DNA from: Paramicrosporidium saccamoebae KSL3
Taxonomy: Eukaryota; Fungi; Cryptomycota
DNA length: 16,754 nucleotides
Assembly (NCBI GenBank): GCA_002794465.1
Contig: MTSL01000025.1
Location: forward strand, 1 to 16,754
Direction of reading: 5' to 3'
Below the pieces are notes generated by a model that was not told where the DNA came from, searched no databases, and saw only the letters and a program-made list of their open reading frames with translations. Shown one piece after another: positions 8,901 through 15,968 of the stretch (its first letter is position 1; every line of letters begins with the position of its first letter). Made by a program: the position numbers and the translations under genes.

Positions 8901-9177
8901 GAGCAAGATACACCATTAACCCGTACTGTTTGGATGCGATGCAGCGTATCATGGCAAGCTCAAATAGCACCGTCTAAATTTAGCCAGCTCCTCCCCTCAA
9001 ACCTTTCCCGATGCCGTAGGCGCGACAATCATCATGTTTGAATCTCGATTAAATAGAGTGTCGAAGCTTTTGGATTGCAAGTCATTGAAGCTTTTGAACT
9101 TGAATACCGATGCAAAGTTCCCTAAGTCTTAAAAATACCCCTTCATGGAGCATACCAACTTGGGTCGTGCTGATCAT
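5993..9177 (-). CDS. MER3: Meiotic DExH helicase Mer3/HFM1, about 1007 aa; exons 9177-9156, 9121-9003, 8973-7934, 7897-7725, 7693-6755, 6723-5993
   Basis: Ski2-like core (FNDLQS, APTASGKT across an intron, DEVH, FHNAG, STLAVGVNMPA, QMIGRAGRPQFD), winged helix (IES.L...GTISD...WLDSTF), Sec63-like domain, HhH (QISGIGPSYA) and the Mer3-type zinc finger CRHHCKDKMKCRHQCC. It has a single helicase cassette, unlike Brr2/Slh1. Five GT-AG introns each restore the frame. Confidence 0.92.
6063..6293. repeat. Degenerate 33-bp x 7 tandem repeat inside MER3 last exon (11-aa units)
   Basis: Plus-strand units start at 6063, 6096, 6129, 6162, 6195, 6228 and 6261 and share a GG...GGTTT...(G/A)(A/T)(T/C)CCT(A/C)G(C/A)GAG core. 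Peptides: SSSLGSDTMFP / ARSRGPETIIT / TNPRGPKATPS / LNSRGAKTALP / INSRGFKTIIP / ASSLGSETTLP / TDSLGSEIILP. Confidence 0.9.
6559..6648. repeat. 18-bp x 5 tandem repeat inside MER3 last exon (6-aa units)
   Basis: CCAAAGGCCCACCTACCT / CCAAAGGTTCACATAATT / CCAAAGGCCTACCTATTT / CCAAAGGTTCACATAGTT / CCAAAGGTTCACATGGTT, encoding ...EPCEPLELCEPLEIGRPLELCEPLEVGGPLG. Confidence 0.95.
6724..6754 (-). other. MER3 intron 5, 31 nt
   Basis: GTACAG...TTGAT..ATTAG; joins the Sec63/Ig region to the zinc-finger exon. Confidence 0.8.
7694..7724 (-). other. MER3 intron 4, 31 nt
   Basis: GTAGAG...ACTAAA..TTTAG; restores frame. Confidence 0.85.
7898..7933 (-). other. MER3 intron 3, 36 nt
   Basis: GTATTC...CCTAG; in-frame TAA; splicing gives IESRLFERITDALAVEVGVGTI. 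Confidence 0.85.
8974..9002 (-). other. MER3 intron 2, 29 nt, splitting Walker A
   Basis: GGA AAG|GTTTGA...GCTAAA..TTTAG|ACG gives SGK-T. Confidence 0.92.
9122..9155 (-). other. MER3 intron 1, 34 nt
   Basis: GTATGC...CTTAG; links ATG 9177 to FASVFKFKSFN. Confidence 0.75.
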
Positions 9178-9407
9178 GCAAGGCCATTCATGCTATGGAT
9201 CTACCGTAACTCGACTCAATAGGACGAGCCAGGGATTCCCAGTACAAAGTCTTTGCTTCCGCCGACCGGGGTACTGGGGAATGATGAAGACTTTGTCGCG
9301 ACTCGTGAGCGCCAAATTCAAGTCTCTGACCCTTTGTCTCTTTTACTACGAGTACCAGTAATACCAATAATACCAACAAAATTAATCGACCAACTTATAT
9401 TAGACCT

Positions 9408-10357
9408 CTATACAGTGACAGGCGCCTCGACGATAGGCCGCACGCACAACGGACATGTCGCTTGTATCCGAAACCAATCGTCCACACAACTCTGATGGTA
9501 ATGATGCCTGCATTCCAGTACCCGGAGCACAGCCCCGTCAGAGTACTCTTGGAGACAAATTGTGCAGGTGGCGTCTGTAATTTCAACATTGCCGTAGACT
9601 TGCTCGCTGGGATTAAAAGTGTATTTGGGCAGCTTTTGGATGGCCTCCTCGGGCGCACCGCGATTCGGAGCAGGATGCAACCAACGAAGTAGAAGAATCG
9701 CACAGGGCAGACATAGGAAGAGAGCACAGATGAATATGAACGGAATCGTGACAATCAAGAGATTGAACACGATAATGGCCAGTTGTGTCCAGAATAATGC
9801 TGGTGACGTGTCATCGCATCTGGTGTGAGAGGAGAGCGAAAAGGAAAGGGCAATCATTGTGAAAAAATGCAATGCTTGCACGGAATTGGCCACTCGGTAC
9901 ATTTTCAAGGCCGTCCCGTCCGGTGGGGGGAGCTCCTGGCCAAAAACATCCAATTCCAGAGGATGCTTGTTGTGGTATATCAAGGTTATCATTCGGGGGA
10001 CCTGCAGGACGGCATAAAAAATGAGCAAATAGCGAGCTGGCCCCTCACATGACTGGAAGACTGTCAGTGCAATCACCACAGAGACGGCCAAAAACTGCAG
10101 GAATGCAGACAAAAAGGCACCCCAAAACATTACCTTAGACAATCTCTGCGTTCTCATCTCGCGACGGGCATTATTGCGGACTTGCTCATGATTCTAAACA
10201 TTAGCATCTCCACCCTGTTTACCAGTAGAATATCCTCAGAGCTACGTCCCGAAGCGGCAAGAACCGGACTTTCCAGAGCAGGGACAGTTTGATAAGACAT
10301 ATCCAACGGTGTGGGAGCCGCCGATGGGTCAACGGGCGAAATGGACGGGGCGCTCAT
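9408..10357 (-). CDS. Multi-pass transmembrane RING-H2 E3 ubiquitin ligase, 306 aa; exons 10357-10223, 10193-9408
   Basis: C3H2C3 RING CTIC...CRHHYHQSCVDDWFRIQATCPLC, preceded by RGAPEEAIQKLPKYTF and about 4-5 TM helices. A 29-nt intron (10194-10222, branch GCTAAT) fuses ORFs 10154..10357 and 9408..10157. Confidence 0.9.
10194..10222 (-). other. RING-H2 gene intron, 29 nt
   Basis: GTAAAC...GCTAAT..TTTAG; phase 0. Confidence 0.85.
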
Positions 10358-10560
10358 TTATAGGCTGCTTTAAATTTGGTCCAATCTCGTTCAAATGTCC
10401 GAGCCAATTGGATTAGCCACAACAAAAGCGAAAAGCAACAGATGGAGCCACGAAATAGCCTTAGTTATTCTAAATCAATCAATATACTTTTTGAATTTTC
10501 CATCTAAAACTACTAGATTATATTAGGTGATCTTGAAATCCTAGCCAGACCAATATAATA

Positions 10561-10680
10561 TTACAATGCCAACCAAACACACATTCACCATATCACTCAA
10601 TATAACCATACAATGCTAACCAAACACTCCCCCACCACTCACCATCCATCGCCCATCACCCACTACCCACTACTACTATA
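10561..10680. repeat. C/A-rich strand-biased tract with 47-bp-period direct repeat
   Basis: Only 3 G in 120 nt on plus. TACAATGCCAACCAAACAC (10562-10580) vs TACAATGCTAACCAAACAC (10609-10627). Confidence 0.7.
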
Positions 10681-10796
10681 TCAGTGTAATCTTGCAAGCC
10701 TGGCAGAATACCCCTCTCCCCACCTCCGCCATGACCCCCTGGACGAATATAACCATTCCTCTTGATTGAGGCATACCCAGACAAGAGCCTTCTCAG

Positions 10797-12039
10797 ATGC
10801 CCTCTATTAAAATCGAAACCTGCTGTTCCAAGTCTACGGAGGATCACGAAAACGCCCCTCGCGCTGTTGAGGTCGTTGACCTGGACGTTCCCCGCGCCAG
10901 TGAAGAGACAGTCGACAGTGCCGACGCGGCTGGCACGGTCGAGGCCAGTTTTGTCTGCGGACTGACCACCTGTAGCGCCATAGTTGGTAGTCTCAAGAGG
11001 TTAGTTTTCTTATAACATAGATCCTATTGAGGGCCATGATGACGAATTTGATGTAGAGCTGTCTTCCACCAGTAGCGTCCACTCTATCAGTTCTGGTTCT
11101 AGTACCTTAATTATCATGTTAACAACCGTAGTTGAACCCGGCGACTCGACAGAGCTATCAAACACCAATGGAACAATATATGGAAAAGTCGTCAAGAGTA
11201 TTCAGCGCTCCATCCGACGTATATTTCATTGTGGACGGGATAAAGTTGAACTGTTGCAGCCGGCACAGAGCTCTGAGTGTTTCTCCGAGACACAGCAACG
11301 ACCTGCGCAGGGTTCAGAATGTTTCTCCGAAGCACAGCCCGAAGTTCCGATGTCTTCCATCCAAACCTTCAACTCGCCCATCACCAGCGTACTTCCAGGC
11401 AGTGATCCGGTCAAGACACCGACAATCCACAAGACTCTTCTGATTGACGTCTCCTATACCAAACCGTTATTGGCGCCGCCGATGGAACACGATGTCGGCC
11501 GGAAATGTCTAGTCTTGGACTTGGACGAAACTCTGGTGCACAGCACTTTCCAACCCGTCATGAATGCAGATCTTGTGGTCCCGGTACATTTGGGAGAGGG
11601 CGTCTTTCAGCCCATTTACGTCTGCAAACGTCCCGGGGTGGACGAGTTTCTCCGTCACGTCTCACAACACTTTGAAGTCGTCCTCTTCACCGCCTCCCTT
11701 TCCAACTATGCTGACCCGGTAGTGGACTTTTTGGATCCCAACGGCGGCATTCGATACCGTCTCTACCGCGAGGATTGTCTCCAGTTCCAAGGAATGTACA
11801 TTAAAGATCTGAGTCGTCTTGGACGCGACATTGAACAGGTGCTAATCATTGACAATAGTCCTGCTAGCTACTCTATGCATCCGCATAACGCCCTCGGCTG
11901 CAAGTCGTGGTTCAAGGATCCTCATGATCGTGAGCTGGAAGACCGCATCTTGCCCATGTTGATGAATCTAAAGAATACCCCCACAGTGAGCCAATGGCGA
12001 TCTCAGAATCTTCAGATGATTGAAACTCCGTATGCGTAA
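10797..12039 (+). CDS. PSR1: CTD small phosphatase, NIF/FCP1-like HAD family (Psr1/CTDSP-like), about 402 aa; exons 10797-10986, 11021-12039 (possible extra in-frame intron 11102-11131)
   Basis: RKCLVLDLDETLVHSTFQPV catalytic DxDxT motif, KRPGVDEFL, FTASLSNYADPVVD, YIKDLSRLGRD...IIDNSP. A 34-nt phase-1 intron (10987-11020) joins ORF 10797 to the catalytic frame. The 5' exon is less certain than the domain call. Confidence 0.85.
10987..11020 (+). other. Phosphatase gene intron, 34 nt (31-nt alternative donor at 10990)
   Basis: GTAGTC...ATAAC.ATAG; phase 1. Confidence 0.65.
11257..11340 (+). repeat. 42-bp x 2 tandem duplication in phosphatase N-terminal region
   Basis: 11257-11298 and 11299-11340 encode QPAQSSECFSETQQ / RPAQGSECFSEAQP. 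Confidence 0.85.
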
Positions 12040-12080
12040 TTCTATTGTACATGTAGATAAACCTTTTCATTGTCCATATA

Positions 12081-12089
12081 TTTATTAAA
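12081..12089. terminator. Putative bidirectional poly(A) element TTTATTAAA
   Basis: AATAAA on minus (12081-12086) and ATTAAA on plus (12084-12089), between convergent stops 12039 and 12163. Confidence 0.4.
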
Positions 12090-12162
12090 TAGGCAATCTA
12101 TAGCTAGATAGCTAGTACTCGACGGCTTCCAGGTAAAAAAACATTACCGGTCCCTGGACATT

Positions 12163-13131
12163 TCACTTGGCTCCTAGAGCCTTATTGAGGGGGGCTGCTT
12201 TGTTGCTAGTCGTTGTTTTAGACAAAAAATTAACAATCCCCTCATAGTATCCTTCGAGCTCATAGCAGGAATGATTGCATTCCGGCATATGTAGTCGCTC
12301 TAGGACCATATTCTTCTTTCCCTTCTTGATGGCTTGGGCATTTGCCCACAGCTGGTTCATATGTTCAGGCGGCACCCGATTATCCTTTGCTCCGCTAATG
12401 AACAGCATGTGCGGGGCAGAGTCACTCGCAGCCAAAATCCTCAGCTGCTCCTCATTATCCCACTTTTCCGTCACCACAAAGGAGGCCCATGCAATAGCCG
12501 GCACGTCATGCGACGCCATCTTCCTAATGCTCAAAAATGTATTCTCCACCACTACTGCCTGGAAGCTGCGCGGGTTGGCTGCAGTCAAATGTAGTGCCAC
12601 CGCCCCGCCTAGCGAGTGTCCGTATAAGATAATTCGTTTCGGGTCGACACTACGCTCAGACTGGAGATACTCAAGGGCGGCCTGAGAGTCCATCCGGATT
12701 CCAGCCATCAACGGAGTTCCCTCGCTGTAGCCAAAGCCACGGTAGCTGAGCACCAGTGCGTTCAAGGGAAGATGACGTTGCCATCCCGCAATAGATTTAA
12801 AGCTGGCCTCGAGATTTCCAGTGTTCCCGTGCATGAACAATAAAGTGGTCAGTGGCGTTTTACTTTTGTCGGCATCGGGATGTCTTAACCAGTAGGCGCG
12901 CAGCTTGGTTCCATCGGATGACAGTATAGTGATGGGCGTGGGACCATGGTCACTCAAAAGCTTTGACTCGGGCACACCTGGAAAGGTGGTGGGGTCATAG
13001 ACAAACTTGGGGTGATAAATCCACAACCCAACGAGAAAAGTGACCAATAACGCTACAATGATGGCCACCACTAGCAGTATCCACTTGATTGTACACCATT
13101 TGCGACTGGAAGGAGTACACTGGGCCGACAT
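12163..13131 (-). CDS. BEM46/ABHD13-family alpha/beta hydrolase, divergent paralog (likely start 13131; longest ORF starts 13242)
   Basis: N-terminal TM (WILLVVAIIVALLVTFLVGLW), HGNTGN, SYRGFGYSEG, nucleophile GHSLGG, ENTF, SGAKD, NHS. Positions 13132-13242 contain two CCAAT and a GGGGCGTGGC box on the minus strand, which favours ATG 13131. Confidence 0.85.
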   Translation of the reverse strand: MSAQCTPSSRKWCTIKWILLVVAIIVALLVTFLVGLWIYHPKFVYDPTTFPGVPESKLLSDHGPTPITILSSDGTKLRAYWLRHPDADKSKTPLTTLLFMHGNTGNLEASFKSIAGWQRHLPLNALVLSYRGFGYSEGTPLMAGIRMDSQAALEYLQSERSVDPKRIILYGHSLGGAVALHLTAANPRSFQAVVVENTFLSIRKMASHDVPAIAWASFVVTEKWDNEEQLRILAASDSAPHMLFISGAKDNRVPPEHMNQLWANAQAIKKGKKNMVLERLHMPECNHSCYELEGYYEGIVNFLSKTTTSNKAAPLNKALGAK

Positions 13132-13231
13132 GCACCTTTCACTGCTTTTTGGGGCAAATACCCCGGCCACGCCCCAAACCTCAAGAGCGTGGCATGATTG
13201 GTCAACCACCACATGCACGTTCTTCCATTGG
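13132..13231 (-). promoter_or_regulatory. Putative promoter of divergent BEM46 paralog (2x CCAAT, GC box)
   Basis: Minus-strand CCAAT at 13227-13231 and 13197-13201, and GGGGCGTGGC further downstream, upstream of ATG 13131. Confidence 0.4.
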
Positions 13232-14048
13232 CTGAGCTCCATCCAGAATAACGGCCAAGGATTACTGCTGTGAGGGAATATATCCGGCCATCAAGGGTCC
13301 AGTGACCAGAGACAAAGAGTTCGTTAAACAGTATCCGTGCATCATTGGTGAACTCGACCCAAATAGCGATCCTACAAATCATTTCAATCATGTTAAAGGT
13401 GGTCGCCCACATGCCACATAGTCTGATAAAATTAATTCGCTCATCAACAGGGCTTTTATTATAAATCTTACAATCATTTACTAGAAACAACAGTGTATGC
13501 ACAGATGGCTGAAAGTTGTTTGGTTTCAAGAGAGTTAATCTATTCCTATTATAGATAGGCTTGTGACGTAGAAGACCGATTAGCATGCCTTGTGGAAATA
13601 GTTCCCTAGTTTGGAGAAGGGATAATCAGGACAATCGATGAAGGATAATGGGATCTATATCTTACCATTTGAGGATTATTACTATGCAACTTGGGAGACT
13701 ATAAAAGGGCCATTGGATTAAAAATGAACGGGTTCTCTTCCCGCTTGACAAAGTCCGTGGTATTATCCCCACTACGCGACAGGCTTACTTGAGATAATAT
13801 GATTATAAGCCGATCCTCGTACTCGCCAGTATCTTTTTAGCTTTCAACACTAATATTCCATGGTCAACGTTCTGTCGCTATTTGTCGGTTCTCATGGATA
13901 CGAAACTGATATCTAGTAAATTGACGGAGCTGACTATTCCGTGGGATCGCTGTAACTCGCATGTAAGGATCTTTCAGCGCACATGCTATCAACGGTCAGA
14001 CAAAGTCGACCAAGTTTTGCATCCGAACAAACCACGTGAATGTTTACT

Positions 14049-15035
14049 CTAAAAAAACGACCAGGATCGACGTGGCTCCGCACCTAAAGATTCGCCATAT
14101 TTGACCCACTGATCAGGCTGTACCGACCATTTGAGATCCTTGGGTCCTTCAAAGAGCAGCACCACTAAAGAACCCATTTCAAATTGACCCACTTCATCTC
14201 CCTTTTTCAACTTGTCAGAGACCACTCCCGAGGGCCATTTGAGCTGTATGGAGCGCACATTGGTAGCTCCAACGGGCACCATATACATGTTTCCATACTT
14301 CCACGTCCCGGAAATGACGGCCCGCTCGTTCAATGATACCAACCCGGGAATCAGACGCATCACCCACGGTGCTACCGGCAGCACTTCCCCTGGAATGTTT
14401 TCCACTTTCTTCACCTTGAAATTGTCCACCGGTGAATGAAACCGATGGTATGATCCAGGGGCCAAATACACTGAACAATAATACAGTTCCTGGTCCAATG
14501 ATTCGCTGCGTACAAACGTCCGTAATGGATAGCGCACGCCTTTAATCTGCTCTGGATACAGTCCGGTGGTAGAGTCCAATTTGCCAAATGAGAGAATTTT
14601 GCCATCAGCGGGGGAGACGAGGGAATCAGGAGAAACGGGTCTTAGGCCAGCATGCAGCGGTCTGGTGAAAAACTCGTTAAAGGTGGCATAACTTTCCAAT
14701 GGAGCGCTTTCGCTCATGTCACAATCATACAGTTTTGCATACGCTCCATAGAACGGCCGTCGCAGCCATACGGGCACCTTAAATGCTGCCACCTTTCCAG
14801 CCAATGTGGTCATGAAGGAGAGTGGAACGGTGCGATACAAAGCCAATTTGTACGGCGATATGTCATACACCGACTGTCTCTTCATGGCGTCCCGTACATT
14901 GTCGAATGTGTAGTAGCCATATCCCAGGGCGGCCAGGCCAAGCGACAGCTTTAATAACGGCCTACTCTTCTGTATGGAAGCTTGGGTAGACAGCAAGCGA
15001 CGAATGCCCAAAGTCTTCCATGCTCTTTGCCACAT
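14049..15035 (-). CDS. PSD1: Phosphatidylserine decarboxylase proenzyme, mitochondrial type I, 328 aa
   Basis: Presequence-like MWQRAWKTLGIRRLLSTQAS, then FNEFFTR, SPADGK, YLAPGSYHRFHSP, LNER, VGATNV, and cleavage region GQFEMGSLVVLLFE. Confidence 0.92.
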   Translation of the reverse strand: MWQRAWKTLGIRRLLSTQASIQKSRPLLKLSLGLAALGYGYYTFDNVRDAMKRQSVYDISPYKLALYRTVPLSFMTTLAGKVAAFKVPVWLRRPFYGAYAKLYDCDMSESAPLESYATFNEFFTRPLHAGLRPVSPDSLVSPADGKILSFGKLDSTTGLYPEQIKGVRYPLRTFVRSESLDQELYYCSVYLAPGSYHRFHSPVDNFKVKKVENIPGEVLPVAPWVMRLIPGLVSLNERAVISGTWKYGNMYMVPVGATNVRSIQLKWPSGVVSDKLKKGDEVGQFEMGSLVVLLFEGPKDLKWSVQPDQWVKYGESLGAEPRRSWSFF

Positions 15036-15062
15036 ACTCCTCTGTATAAATTTACAATCTTT

Positions 15063-15968
15063 TTAAATAGTTTTTATAAAGGCGGCAATGGCCTCGAAAT
15101 AGCCGGGCTGTAAGCAAGTGTCATTGTGGGTTCCCTTTTCAAATACCTCAAATCGAGCCTTCTTGAGACCATCCTCTGAGGCTGTAATCGTGTTAAAGAG
15201 CGACTTCATGTGGGCGGGCGGGATGAGTTCATCGCGAGAGCCCGACAAGAACAGCATCTTTGGCAAAGGCGCCTCTGTCATCTCCTTCATTCGAATCGCC
15301 GACTCCCATTTCTGGTGGCACAATACCTTGGCCCATCCCAGAACCGGCATCACATGTGGGATTAGCTCGGGCAGGCTGCGAAAGGTATTCTCCACCATCA
15401 GAGCTGCCACTTTGCTTTGGTTTCGTGCCGTCAGATCAATGGCCACAGCGCCTCCAATGCTCTGTCCATAGACAATAATACGCTTCTTGTCCACTTTTTC
15501 GCAGCTGAGAAGTTTGTCAAGAGCCGCTTGGGCGTCTTTGCGTAGTCCCGCCTCAGAGGGCGTTCCTTCGCTCTCCCCATAGCCCCGATAGGAGATGGCA
15601 AAAATGTTAATGTCCACCAATTCAGCAATTTGTCGCAGAATAGGGAGACGATGGCCCACGTTTCCGGCATTGGCGTGGAAGAAGAGCAGAGTGGGCACTT
15701 CAATCGGTTTCTTGCGATGGGATGGCATCCAGAAGACATGAATGCGCACTCCGTCGGCAGTGTCGAGGAAAAAGTCTTCAAAGTCGGTCCAGCCAAAGCG
15801 ACTCGGACGCCACACCTGCTTCCTGGAGCCGGGTGGAAAGTCGGGGACATAGATGAGCTTGGACTGCATGGCGTACACTCCGCAGAGAATGGCCATTACT
15901 GCCACAGTGGCGCTAGTAAGTGAATAATCAACAAAGTTGGAACTGAATAGCCATGAATATAATGCCAT
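15063..15968 (-). CDS. BEM46: BEM46/ABHD13 alpha/beta hydrolase (canonical type)
   Basis: QSKLIY, FHANAGNVGHRLP, SYRGYGESEGTPSEAGL, GQSIGGAVA, ENTF, SGSRDELIPPAHM, GTHNDT. First ATG is 15968 (the ORF track starts at GTG 15983). Confidence 0.92.
   Translation of the reverse strand: MALYSWLFSSNFVDYSLTSATVAVMAILCGVYAMQSKLIYVPDFPPGSRKQVWRPSRFGWTDFEDFFLDTADGVRIHVFWMPSHRKKPIEVPTLLFFHANAGNVGHRLPILRQIAELVDINIFAISYRGYGESEGTPSEAGLRKDAQAALDKLLSCEKVDKKRIIVYGQSIGGAVAIDLTARNQSKVAALMVENTFRSLPELIPHVMPVLGWAKVLCHQKWESAIRMKEMTEAPLPKMLFLSGSRDELIPPAHMKSLFNTITASEDGLKKARFEVFEKGTHNDTCLQPGYFEAIAAFIKTI

Noticed and set aside
10656-10847. Minus ORF ending DIVVVGSG, resembling an FAD-binding GxGxxG start
   Set aside because: It stops immediately after GSG, no splice restores a flavoprotein, it is antisense to the phosphatase 5' region, and it arises from the GT-rich low-complexity tract.
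13568-13590. AGAAGACCGATTAGCATG resembling the U6 snRNA core
   Set aside because: No ACAGAGA box, a 3-nt insertion, and no U6 internal stem-loop sequence downstream.
13750-13812. AAAGTCCG / GGCTTA resembling RNase P/MRP P4 strands
   Set aside because: The two halves are only about 30 nt apart (or on opposite strands), too close for the RNA fold.
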